From: Trichoplax sp. H2
Lineage: Eukaryota
Direction of reading: 5' to 3'
Length of the DNA stretch: 64,000 nt
NCBI GenBank assembly: GCA_003344405.1
Contig: NOWV01000015.1
Coordinates: forward strand, 496,001-560,000
Part shown: positions 1 to 13,130 of the stretch, in pieces
Layout of the letters: every line of letters begins with the position of its first letter
Position numbering within the stretch: the stretch's first letter is position 1
The notes under the pieces: generated by a model
The model's input: only the letters and a program-made list of their open reading frames with translations
Told to the model about the DNA's origin: nothing
Database searches by the model: none
Translations under genes and position numbers: made by a program

Positions 1-1913
1 TTACTATCGAAAGTTAGCGTAGAAACGATATCAACTAAACTATTGCTTTCCTTTTCATCTTCATCGAGAGCAATTACAGAGGGAGTTTTAAGTATCGATC
101 TACGTTTGCTATGACTCTTTACTTTACCAGCAGAAGGCATTGGAGTATAAACTGGTTTTCTACCTCGCTTTACAGGAGTATCAGTCGGATTTTTCTTACT
201 ATATAATTCAGGACTTAAATGCGGTCCAAATGTTACACTTTTTCGATTCCTTTTCGGTGCAAAGAATTCATCAACCGTCTTCATTAGACTATCAACAGAA
301 GTAATATCATTCAGAATCCTCTTTTCTGGAGTTTTCGAACGAACATTTGCAGATCCATCATTATTTTGGCTATTGCTCTGTTCAGTCTTTTTTTCAGCAG
401 TAGTATTATTAGCTGGAAAGGATGTTGATGAGCGTCTTCCTCTAGATCGGCGATTTTTAATTTTACCATCTAATCGAAAGCTATCATCCATGCTTTGATC
501 TGAAGTGGACACCTTACTATCACCGTGATCTTTCATTAATTGGTCATTGCTAAGAAGTGTGTTAATCTCAGAATCAATATTTGCTTGCTGCTTACACTCC
601 GATGTTAACGAATCATTTCGTAGGGTAAGGACAATATCAATTTGATCTTGCTTCTTACTGTCCGTATCGTCTACGAAGCTTTCTTCTAACTTAAAACTTC
701 TTCTCCTAATTTGTTTGAGTTTCTTAGCTGAAAGCTGTTGTTGACATTCCAAGCCAGGTATTAAGATGCCAGTATTACTGTCTCCTTGACCTGAGATATT
801 CTCCTTGTCATCGACGGCATCCTAGACGTATAGCACAATCAGTCATAATGCATTACATTAGTTGGCTCAATTTTTAGCAAAACTTGATATAAATATCTAT
901 ATGCTATGAGTACATTAATTTGTTTATTTCTATCAGATAGTCAAAAAAGAACATACGCAATACAGTACAATCACGTTCAATCTGAATGGTCCAGAATAAG
1001 AGCGTACGTATATTACATGATTTGACGAAAGATGATCACTATTTTGTTATTTGTTTATAAAATGATGGCTACGAATCAATATATATTTATCCAATCATCT
1101 TATATATTTACCTGCTTGTTAGGTGTATCTATTATGATGTCACTTTTTTTGTATAGAAAGGTTTTATTGCCAATTTTAATCTTAGTACCATCTTTTATTC
1201 GACATTGCCTCTGTAAGAGGGCTTCACCGGCTACATGGATCTGTGCTGAAGGTTGTAAACGCTCTATCCAAGCCTGCATGTGTTTGATATTGATAAAAAT
1301 AAATTAATGGTAAAGAATTAGAAAATATTTTGTGATACGCGTATATATCGATTCTACAGTTACTTTATCTTAACTACAGTAATAATGATTGTCTATTTAT
1401 GATAAGCCACTTTTATAACATGTTGAATTCAAAATTGATTTTACTGTGCATACGTCTATGATGATATCAAGGCGACGAACATTTATATTTTTATCATTCT
1501 GTCGTAGCACTGTACAATACTGTACATTAGTAGCCTTACAATTGACTATTTAGCATCATGGTGTATTTGACATGGTACATCACCTTGTTGTTGGTGTCGA
1601 TGAATACTCTCGCATGTTGATTCTGAACACTGGCATTACGAATACGAATATCGCAGTTGTCGTCGCTACAATGTGGATATATTTAATAAATGATTATATA
1701 ATTATTAATTGTACGCGTATATATTTAAGCTTGATTTTATTCGAGGTTATTAAGATGCAAATAAAGCTGTTTCCAAGAAATAATTGACTGAACATACCTG
1801 CCAAAAATGCTTTGCTTATCAATTAATGGCACTTTAGATCCCTCAGTTCCGTTTCTTCGAATCAAGACAACGTTACCATATTTACCTGCACTATTGAATG
1901 AGGACTGTTCCAT
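1..1913 (-). CDS. MKI67: Ki-67/RepoMan-like protein (N-terminal FHA domain plus PP1-binding region); 5' part only, continues past the left edge
   Basis: Exons 1913-1798, 1665-1584, 1273-1112 and 821-<1, all GT-AG and phase-compatible. The N-terminus reads GNVVLIRRNGTEGSKVPLIDKQSIFGS-DDNCDIRIRNASVQNQHARVF...IKDGTKIKIGNKTFLY, resembling the Ki-67 FHA domain. Exon 4 is stop-free and contains KRNRKSVTFGPHLSPELYSKKNPTDTPVKRG, close to the Ki-67 PP1 motif as I recall it (KRRRVSFGGHLRPELFDENLPPNTPLKRG). Orthology is not tested phylogenetically. Confidence 0.8.
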
Positions 1914-2569
1914 AGTTTCTGCGTCCAGTGAAGAAAAGAACATTACTGTACTTTAACCAAATGATTAGGATTGTTTGTAAAATGGTGATTCAATAGAACC
2001 ATCGGATACATATCCGTATCGAGTAAAAATACTGGCACTAGTACAATATAAAGCAGTTGCTAAACTAGGACTGTTGTAGCTGATAATTAATAAGAGAAAC
2101 TGGTCAAATTTTATTTAAAAGTTTTAAATTTCAATTTCCTTAAGCCTCAACGTGGATAGAATGAATTTCAATTTGGCCATTTTTCTTACCCGTTAAACGA
2201 TGATTAATCAAGGGATGAGCGATTGGATGGATTAATGAAGTTGACAAGGACGAGTTGTCTGCTTTGCACGACTATTTGGTTAACTTTAGTATTCAAATAA
2301 TGGCACTGCAGGTCGCTAAACTATAAAATCAACTAACCGCTAGCAAAGCTATCTTGACTAGAAGTGGTTTATTAACCTTGCGTCGACAAGATCAATCTGA
2401 CTAACAGTAATTATGATTGCCCCACGATGGTTGTTTTAGGTTATATAGCTTACCGGTCAGATTCGGTTCAGCCCCCTTGGCAGCAGTTGCATTCCATCGA
2501 TCAACGGCCGATCAGTTGCGTATTTGAAAATTTAAATTTTTAGTATCCAATGAAAGTGCAGTATCTCAA

Positions 2570-2577
2570 TGACGTCA
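2570..2577. promoter_or_regulatory. Perfect CRE palindrome TGACGTCA upstream of the Ki-67-like gene
   Basis: Exact 8-mer in a relatively GC-richer patch about 650 bp upstream of the ATG. A second copy lies at 10256-10263. Function is not demonstrated. Confidence 0.3.
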
Positions 2578-3299
2578 AGAGATGACTGCCTGACTTGCTG
2601 CAGTGCGTCCAGATGTCATTCTGTCACTGTCCAGGAGACTGGACTGCGAAAAAGAAAATCTTGCTAGTACCATAGTACGGTACCGGTACTCGTGTACTAG
2701 GCTATAATAATCGACCATTATTATTATTATTAGTCTACACTCAGTCTACAGTAGTGTACAGTATAAGAAATTTTCAAAGAAAAAAATGACTTAATAATGT
2801 AGTTAAAAGTAAGCAAAACATCATGGACCTTTTAATGAACTCAACTTATGCTGAGGACTATCTTTAAGCAGAAATCTTTCCAAAAAATAAGCGATTTCAA
2901 TCATACCTTTTTAGACTAATGAATAGTGCTAGAACTGTTGGATAATGTCCATCTTGTGAGTCAATCAAGGACGGTTCGTTCGGGACCAGTTCCATACCGA
3001 GCAAAATTGACTGCATAGTTAATAATAATTAATTAATTAAATTAAGGAGCTTAAGGTTATGATAATCGATTGATGAGGAACTGGAGCCAATTTGAAAGTA
3101 AACGCCTGGAAAATTAAATGGATGATCTAATTAAAGGCAACACTATATAGCTGAACACACAGAATTTGAGCTTTCAACCAGCATAGAGAGCTCGCAACAC
3201 TCCTGAAATAGTGGTCCGATACTATAATATTTTTGATATTTCTATGGGTCCGATAGAAGGAAAAGTCTGTTCAGTAGACTCCAACATTTCTCTATGATA

Positions 3300-3746
3300 T
3301 TATCTAAAAATGCCAATGAAACGGCTCTATCCTTCATGATGCTTGCCTAAGCAAATTTACCAAGTTTTAACCAAATGAACTACTGGCAGATATGTTTGCA
3401 TAAATGTGCAGTATTGAAGATGTGTAGCCGTTTCACTGGTATTTCTAGATACAGTTTATCGTAGAGAAATGGCTGGGTCTACTGTAATGTTCAGTACATT
3501 GTGGGTCAAAGTCAGTCATTATATCTTAAAATGCCAATGAAATGGCTCTATCCTTTATGATACTTGTCTAAGCAAATTTATCAAGTTTTAACCAAATAAA
3601 CTGCTGGCAGATATGTTTGGACAACTGTGCGGTATTGAAGATGTACAGTATAGATGTTTTAGTGGCATTTCTAGATACAGTTTATCATAGAGAAATGTCT
3701 GGGTCTACGTAATGTCCAGTACATAGTGTGTCCAAGTTAGTCATTG
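3300..3746. repeat. Direct tandem duplication, 2 x ~222 bp, diverged
   Basis: tatctaaaaatgccaatgaaacggctctatcc...gtcagtcatt (3301-3520) is followed by tatcttaaaatgccaatgaaatggctctatcc...gttagtcatt (3522-3745). Confidence 0.92.
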
Positions 3747-6499
3747 ACTATGGCTTTTCACAGCAACACGTAAAGCATTTTTACATCATTTACAGTTTTA
3801 TGAATTATTATTTTTTAGCGAAGACAGTACGTCATGTTGATTATGAAACATTAGAAGATAATAATTCCGGCCAAGTCCCCTAATATGGTCAACTTACTCA
3901 GCTCAAGTTTTGTAATGATGAGAATTAATAATCTTAAATTTTTATGATGATTGATGACTAATTAATTTTAATTATTATTGACGCCTGTAATAATTCTAGC
4001 GTTTTAACTTGAAGGGAAGTATTTAATAAACACTGTACGTATATAGGAACAATCATTCATTCAAGTTTTGTTATCCTAGTGTCATAAAAGCATATAGACT
4101 ACAAATTAACAAAAATTATGAAATTTCAGCAACTTTACAAAATAAAGTATTGCTGTAAGTAGATCACTGTGCAATGTGCATGTACTAACCTGATGGAGAA
4201 AAGTGGGAGTTGCTAAGAAATCTAGTAAATGAATTAATCTAGTAGAGAACCTAAAACCTCTATTTATTCATTCATGAAATAATATTACCTTGAAGATAAT
4301 CACACATGGCTTCAACTCTCTTCCTTTAAAAATATTCACACATAGTCAAATTAATTTTTTCGTCGCCATGATTTTTTAGATAAAAGCCTGTAGTAATTGA
4401 CTCGAATATCAATACCGTACTCAGTACTTTTTGTTATTTAAAACTTTTTCACTTACAAAATACGCTTTGGCAATAATCTCCTCAAATTGCAATAGCTATC
4501 ACTCCAATACTAGAAGAGAGAGAACTGAGAAGTGAAAATTTAGTGCAAAAGAATGTCAAAGCCTACTAGTTAGGGTTACTCTACACTACTACTGAAACTC
4601 TATACAACACTGTACAAAACCAATCAAGCAGCTCATTTGAATAGCAATTTGTGGACAGTATAGTGTATATCGACATTTTAGTTAAATGACCAGCAAATTA
4701 GTCGGCCTGTCTATTTTGAGTAGAGTATGCTAAAGAGTTCTTTCCTGTCCCTCTCTTTTAATTACAGTACAGTAATAACGTGCTTTGATAGTGCAATAAT
4801 AAAATCAATGAAGCAAAGTACTATGGGAAGTAGAATAGTCGAAAGCTTTTTAAAGCCTACGTCGATTAAGGGAAAATTATCAACATAGAAGATAACTTTG
4901 CCAAATTTATTAAGGCTGGCAGGATGAAAGGGTGGATTTGTACTATATTCGTCCTATGTACTGCAAAGGCTATAGCTGACGGCTATATAAAGCTTTGTTT
5001 TAGAGTGATGTACTAATGTAATTCTTGTCTTAAGAGAAGTTAAGGATTTCAAACCCATTCATGATATTACCATGTAGTGATTCACCCTATGGTTGATTGC
5101 CTTGATAGGCATATATTTGATAGAATTGGATTTAGATGATTGCTAATGACTATATTATACCCATCTATATGATACGGTAATTTTATCTTATTAATTGATA
5201 ATTGAAATTATGGGCCCGTTGATCAGTTATGGAATGCAAAGACAATTTTAATGCATCGATAATATAATAATGCAAAAATGGATTACCCTACAAAAATAGT
5301 CTGATTTTAGTACCTGTCAAAATAAATGATGCTTAAAAACTCAAACTTATCTGAGTGTTGATCGTGATAGATAATTAATATAACTGTTCGTTTGCTGTGT
5401 TCTCGTAATTGCAAATTGGAAGGCGACAATCTCGAAAATAATTACCACGCCATCAATTTGCGTCCAAAGTTCAAAAATAACTTTTAGTTTGTCATTTCTG
5501 ATCTGGTGACAAGGAACTAGCGTAAAGGACGTGGTAAGAAGTTACTACTTTTACCTATTAGTGAGTAATTTCTTTCGAAAACTTGACACTCTCAGGCGCT
5601 TGAGGGACAAGTTTTACAGCTGTTCCCATATTATTTCTAATCCAGTATATGAAATTATAATTTAGGCTACTATGAAATTAAACGAGACATCTCCGGATGA
5701 AGCAACCTCCATACACACTATTGGCTAATAAAACTGATAGCCAGTAATTGGTAGTAATCTTAGATCTCCATTATACACGATTATAAGATGTTAGAAAACA
5801 ATTTAGCCAGTAACAACTGCCATAATTAATTATATCGAAACTAGTTCAAACCTTTAATATTGAAAAACCTATCACTGTATTGTATGGTAAGAGTATATTG
5901 CACGTAAATGTATATAAACTGAAATTTGACACTACAAGTAGATCTTTACCGAACGTTACAAAATTGCAATTTTATAGTAGTATTTGCTGAAATTATTTTA
6001 AATGTTTTAATAAATGCGTCGATTTAATAATTTCTACGATAAAGGTTATTTATATTTGACATCCTAAGAGATACTTTAGAGAATTTTAAAATCAACAGCT
6101 GCAGCTCTTGTCATTATTCTTAATAAATACGCTAGGAAAATAACTATAACCATGAAATGTTCGCGTTTGGCATGTGCTATTCAATTAATAATGTAGTTCA
6201 CAAAAATTGCTACTATATGACAATCAGTAAATAAGAATATGTGGGCGGGAAGTTAAATATATTTTTTAACAGTAACAATTAAAAAAATCAACATTATTGT
6301 GAATTGAAATGCTTAAAAACTGACCATTTAAAGCAATAATTCCTTGAGCGTATTAAGTCTAGTGCAATAGTAAAATTTACTATCAGATTTTTTGCTGATA
6401 TTGTGTGAATTCGATTATATGAGTAATAACTAATTGCTCTGATGATAATCTCTAGCTTGTTCGTTGATATATTTCAAAGTGCAAGGTTTTATATCAATA

Positions 6500-6875
6500 A
6501 ATCTATGAATTACTTGATCATTGATATTACTTCTAATTTAGGAATATTAGTAAGACCTAGTTCAAGAGATTTTATATCAGTTAAAACTATTAGCTATTTG
6601 ATCAATTACTTTACCTCTGCGTAAGGAATATTAGTAAAACTTAGTAAAAGAGATTTAATATTGACTAATCTACTATATTTAATTAGCTATTTGATCATTT
6701 GTACCACTCCTACATTAGGAAAATTAGTAAGACTTAGTACAAGAGGTTCAATACCAACTAATCTATCAGCTGCTGAATGAATTACATATTATTCTTGTAT
6801 TATGAATATTAATACGACTGTGTACAGGAGATTTAACATCAACCAATTTATTAGTTGATTAATTGATTCAGTACC
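6500..6875. repeat. Degenerate tandem repeat, ~85-90 bp unit, ~4 copies
   Basis: Recurring ggaatattagtaagac(c/t)tagt-caagagattt...attagctatttgatca at about 6541, 6625, 6718 and 6803. Confidence 0.8.
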
Positions 6876-8310
6876 GGTAATTAATTGTGAAGATTAATCA
6901 AACATTAATTCTGCGACTACAATTCCAGTTAAACTACTCGCAGCTCCTCTGTAATGTGACTGGTCATTCCACCATGAAGACTTGATTTGCTCTAGTATTA
7001 AATAGAGCAATAATTAAAAAAATAAACAATGACCACGCCAAATGTGCTACACGCAGAAAAATTATAACTTTTTATTACGGTTATTACTAAAGATTAACTT
7101 TTTATAAACAACGGAAATGCTACTGCGCCTAGCAGTAATATTTTCATAACTTTAAATAACCAGAATTCTTATTCCTTTGGATTATAAACTCTCTAAAAAT
7201 TATCTAGATATAAAAAAATAACTAAAAGTATTTAAATTACAGCAGGTTTCAATCTTGTTAAACAAATTTTATATTACCAGTTTTAGGAAAGCAACATTTT
7301 GCGTTAAAGCTAGATACTATATATGGCTTATTACGCCAGCATCTGGATGAGGAAATAATATCTAAGAAATAATGGTATTTCAAAAATATCTATTTCCTAT
7401 CTGTAACGAAAATAGGTCTATTTTAAAAAAAAAAAAATTTGAAGGATCATTATATAAAAATTCCCTATCAACACTATGTTAATGAGCTTTCTAAAATACA
7501 GAACAGTAAAGGATTTTATTGAAAGTCTATGCGTTTTGTGCCGGAAATAAAAGACTTTTTTTAAATAGAAAAATTAAAGGAAATGGAATTCAGCGACTGA
7601 TTTCAATATTAAAAGACACGGAAATGGTTCCTTCAACCTTATCTATTTACACTGATGTATCTATGTAAATCTTTGCTTTTACTAAACTCATAAACTATTC
7701 TTTAAATCGTAAAATTTAATTACTAATGACCTCCTTTATAGTATATTAAATTTAGAGCTCATTCTGAATAAAAGCTGACACATATACATATAACAAAAGG
7801 GTAAAAGAGTAAAATTTGTGATGACTTCCTCCAGGTTTATCTACTGTATAAGAATCATTCGCAAATAATCACAACAATTTATCAGAATCTCTTGGCTTTA
7901 GCTCTATTTCGAAATTAAATAAACACACACATAGGAAAAGGGCAAAAAATTCCATCACGATAGCAGTAAATCAGATGTCAAAATGGCCAAAATTAATGCA
8001 GATTGCAGTCACATATTTCACAGTAATACAGCATTTGGATGATTATTTCCGGTGAATTTTTTTTTGTCTACGCTCATGTCATGATAGATGAAGAGGAAAT
8101 ACAAGATAGAAAGACGGCGACTATGGAGGACCATTGATAATGGTGTCAATATAGAGTAAATTTTAATATGCCTTGTTAAGGGAAATGAGGATATATTCCT
8201 GACCCTTTCAAAGTATGGGCTGAAAAGGTAGAACTGCGTCTATCTCCAACTGTGGGTACTGTAGAAATGGCTATTGCATATAATTTTTGGTTTATTATTA
8301 TTTAAAACTT

Positions 8311-8435
8311 AATAAATCACTACATTTATTGGGGAGAAATAATAGTAAATCACTACTATGTTTACTCTAGGGGCATTATACTAAATCATTTCTATACTTA
8401 CTCAAGGGGCATAATATTAAATCACTACTATGCAT
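8311..8435. repeat. Short tandem repeat, ~35-38 bp unit, 3-4 copies
   Basis: Recurring taaatcactac...gggg(c)a...ata motif. Confidence 0.7.
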
Positions 8436-11400
8436 ACAGAAGCAACGATATTAGATTTAGCCAGCATCGTTTTCCTAAATATAATATTAGAATATATGGA
8501 AAAGTGAATAGTTTTAAATTGAATATGCTCTTATAGTCGAAATGGTTATTGTCCTCGAAGATCGCTATTCATTGACTTATAGCAAGTTACAGTATAAAGC
8601 GTTGATGTTGTTGTAAATTTTTCATTCTTATATTACAGCATATGCTAATTAAATTTATAAGATATAGAAGCAAGCTTAATACAATAGTTGATCATACGCG
8701 TACATCATCATGCGTTATCATAATCATTTACTGCTGTTAGTGAAGCCAGTTTGCTGCAGTGTCATAAACCCACCATATTTTCTAGTAAGTTCCATTGTTG
8801 GAAAAATGGAGCAACAATCATTACTTGTGACCGTCTTGATAATACGGAAAATCAAAGGTTAAGTTGTAAATATTATTCGACTCTGCAAGATCAAAGGAAT
8901 TGACAATAGACTTCGCTCTTGCCACGCATTATAAGTTAGATCAACCATAAAAGTATACAGTAGCACCCACATATAAACGAAGGCGCTGAAAAATATTAAT
9001 AATTTTTAGAAGTAGTGTTGACAGTCACTGTAATTGATCTCGGATAAAATATTAAGGACAGATAAATAAAATACCCTAAATATCTTGTAAAACGTATAAA
9101 AAATAGATAGTTATAATGTATTATCCAAGGAAACAGTAACTTATAGATGGTGCTAGGTAATCTACTTTCTTGCCGTAGAAATAAAAAATTGTACGCGTAT
9201 GGATGAACATCTAAATCTGGAGATATGATTCGTCGCATATGCCATCAATCCATACGAAATAAAAATGCCTGAATTAAATTTTTCAAAATTCTAAGTATAC
9301 ACAGTATACCTAAAACAACTAAGAATATGCGTACTATAATCTCAGTAAGAAATCATCCTTCTTTTTGGCCTCTTAGAACGGAAAGAATTTATGCATATTG
9401 TGAAATTTGCGTAGCATTTTATACAAAGAAATAGAATTTTTTTGCAATATCCATCTATTCGTTCATATCGCTCGGAGATGTTATTAAAGGTAGCTACTTC
9501 ATTGATGCACATAATCTACTAATTAATATTAAATTCATTAAATATTGATCAACCTATTAACTTGACCATTGGAATCCGAGCAGCCAGTAACATACGCTTA
9601 ATTTATCTTAGGAGCATCATTACTTGCAAGTTAATCTAGTTATTGACACAATATTCTTTAAATATTCATTAATCAATTATATATAATTATCTTCGCTATT
9701 GCAATAAAATGGAGGCAACATCATCAGCTTCAGTTGTTTGAAACTGGCAATTACAACTAATAATAGATACAAAGATTGTTGCAAGGGTTTTCCTGGTCTG
9801 TATGACGATCGATAGGCCTAGAATATCTCTTGGCAAACGCCTTGTTCTAAGCTGTATCCAATGACATGTCGTTACTGATCCTTTGGTCTCGGCGTATTCT
9901 ACAATAAAATGTGCTGAAACGCTTTATTGACACTCATTTTCTATTTTAACACCCATTAAAATCGAATGATTATCGAAATTACTGCCATTCCAATTTTATA
10001 ATGGTAGGAAATGTCAAAAATTGCTTTCTTAATAAGAACAGAGCTGGCGTCGAAATGTCTGCAAATCTGGAACAACTTTTGTTTTACAATAGAATAGCAT
10101 ATCCATTTCTCATAGAAATGGAAGACAACATAGCATAACACAAGAAAAACAGAAGCAGGTATTGTACGCTTAAAACCGATTGGAACTTCAAATGAAAGAA
10201 TCCTATAGAAAAGTGAATGCAATTTCAATATTGTTTTAATGAAAAGCAACAAAAATGACGTCAACTTAGAATGGCCAAATGCTGATAGCCTTAATCTGGT
10301 GCGATAGTCTATGGTATTAATTTCTAGAATAAAACAGAAGTTTACAAACCCATCGTAATATGACTATAAATACCTTGCAGCTGCATATCATCACTGCCAT
10401 TTCTCCCTTTCCTTCCTGTTAAAGTGTCAAAAGCATCTTGGAATAGTCTAAAAACCAAAATTAACTGGATACAGTACTGAATTTTTACACATACAGCTTA
10501 AAAAAAATCGATTCCGTCCAATTAGTATCATTATTAAGTCATGATTCCTTAAATTATCATTTAATTTCTACCTTTCTAGGCTACTTATTCCTAACGGAAA
10601 TACTGTTGATCGATTTTTCATCTTAACAGCTAGGTTATTTTTACTATCGGATTGGTCCTTTCCGTATGCAAATATATTATCTTGCTAATAGGATTATCAA
10701 GCGTTAGGAGACAACTTCACCAAGACTCGCCTGTATGCAACACCCAAATCATTCTTACCTTTGCAAAATGATGGATTTTTACGTAAGTTGAAAATAAAAC
10801 TATAACGATCATTTATTTCCTTGAATATTATCATTATAACTTAGTTTGACAAGATCATTTCAACTGCTTAGATAAATCAGGCAGATCATAGTAATTAGTT
10901 GGAAGTAGCCAAGTTTTGTTCATTAATTTCGGTAAAAGTAGGGTAAGTAACATATTGCTAAGATAGCATTGCTCAGGTAAATATAATATTTGTTGCCTTG
11001 TAATCGTTAATTAATAATCTTTGTAACAGCTTTACTAAATTCAAAATCGTTCAATTTTTATTTTAGTTTATTGATCATAATTCTATCAAAAAAAAACAAT
11101 TACACTTTGATCATGGAAAAACATTTTTTCATTTATTTGTTATTCTGGTCTTGATATATCTCATCTATGGTAATGTATTGTCCCATTTTCTATTTGTTTG
11201 AAATATAACATTCATCAATAATGAGTCAATCCAATTGAATGATTTTTCCCGACATAGAAATTAGAGCTGATCATCATAGTTTATCTTCTATATCCTCACA
11301 ATCCACAATATTCAAACTCCAAAGAGAATTGCGTAACAAGACTACTTTACTTACTAGAAAAAATTTGCATTGTTATTATTTATTGAAGATGACATTGGAC

Positions 11401-11789
11401 AATTTGTTTCCGTATCCTCTTACTTTAGGAGGTTATATAAAAAACTATTAATAATAATATTCATTTTCTTTTTTTCTTGCCAACATGGCTTGACTATACG
11501 GGCAAAAGTGGTCGTTATTTCCTGTAAATTAAAATTTTCTTTCAACACTTCGTTTTAGTTTTGAGTCATAGTATTACATTATGCTTTAAGTCTATGGAAT
11601 ATAACTATTGAGCGAATATTTAACGCAATACCAGTAAAATTATAATTTTAAGGGGAAATTCTAAAATTTTATATTTGACATTTTTGATAATATCGATCGG
11701 ATAACAGTAGTGGCAACACAAATCGTTATTCCCGAACTGAAATCATCATCGTTTTATAATATATAATCAGCGACCAATCTATACCTGAT

Positions 11790-13130
11790 CTAAGTTTGCC
11801 AAAATCTCTTCTGTATCTATCATGATAATATACTGTACTTAATACATCCTTAAACTATAAGTTTTGCTTAAAGTTTATCAATTACTCTTGAATACAGTTA
11901 ATAGTAGTAGATAAACTATTCTTAAAATCTTGTGATACTTTAAAAAGAATAAGTAAAAGCGTTTTCGAAATTACTCTTTAAATACTTCATCGTATTGACA
12001 GCATGAAGCACTGTTAATCAAAAAGTCATTCTGTTACTGCCTTGACATTATAGTTAACACCTGCCAAATATACTTAAATAATGAGTGCTCAAAGATTTAT
12101 CAGTTTTTACTTTTGAACGCAGCTGATAGCAGCAGATAAAGTATTCTCGAGTACTGTGTTGTAATACTTTAAAAAGAATGAATTAGGTATTTTTCTAAAT
12201 TACTCTTTTGATAATTAATTAATCGTAGCAATCATGCTGAACACTAAATTGGCTTCGAAATTTCTTCAGTGATTTCCTTATTAGTGCAGTTAATCCTTGC
12301 TGCATCTATTAAATAAATTAACCTTCAAAATTGATTTATTACTTTGGAACACAGCTGATAATAGTAGATAAAATATATTAGAGTAATTTTAACACTTTAA
12401 AAGGAATAAACGAAGCATTTTGTGATTTGCTCTTGAAATAATAAATCGCATCAACTATATTGAATTACTCGATTGGCAATATATCTCTTCCATAACTGCT
12501 TAATGATATACTGTAGTTAAGACAAGCTAAAATTATCAAAGTAATGATATCTAAAAATGTTTATAAGTTACTCGTGAATACTGTAGATAGTAATAGATAA
12601 AACATTCTTAAATACTTGTGATGCTTGAAAGAAATGAGTTAAAAGTACTTTCTAAATTACACTTCTAATAGATAATCATATCAGCAAAGTTGAGAACTAA
12701 TTTGAACAAAAATCTCTTCCGTTAACGACATGATAATATACTCATAGTTAATACATATTAAATTTACTGAATAAAAGGATGCTTTAGTAAAATTGATCAG
12801 TTATTTTTGAACACAGCTGATAGTAGTAGATAAAATAGAATTGACTATTTGTAGTAGTTTAAGAATTAAATTAGGATTTCTGAATTACTCTCGATCCATT
12901 TATTTACATTCATAATCTTATCTAAAAGTTGACCAAAAAGTCTTTCCGTATCTGGCTTGATAATAAAGTTAATACAGGCTATAATTAATTACTAAAATAA
13001 ATAAGCTTAAATGTCTCATCAATGACTTTTAAATACAATTAATTAGAGTAGATAAAAATAGAATTAAATGCTGATAATGCTTATAATACTTTAAAAAATC
13101 GAGTTTTAGCATTTTGTAAATTATTTTTTT
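11790..13130. repeat. Old degenerate satellite-like array, ~225-235 bp unit, ~6 copies
   Basis: Anchor motif gaa(c/t)acagctgatagtagtagataaa...tacttt aaaaagaat...aattactct recurs at about 11890, 12115, 12347, 12576, 12809 and 13031. Confidence 0.85.

Noticed and set aside
1032-1787. Plus-strand ORFs of 91 and 71 aa
   Set aside because: They are antisense shadows of the Ki-67-like FHA exons.
9196-9256. Small inverted repeat cgtatggat...atccatacg
   Set aside because: Only a 9-bp stem, which is plausible by chance, with no other support.
6442-11558. Short hydrophobic ORFs (6442, 8996, 9956, 11239, 11370)
   Set aside because: Their I/L/F/Y-rich composition is what random AT-rich DNA gives. They have no motifs and no consistent splice chain.
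3300-13130. Tandem arrays considered as CRISPR-like
   Set aside because: The context is eukaryotic. Whole units are diverged copies rather than identical repeats with unique spacers, and there are no cas genes.
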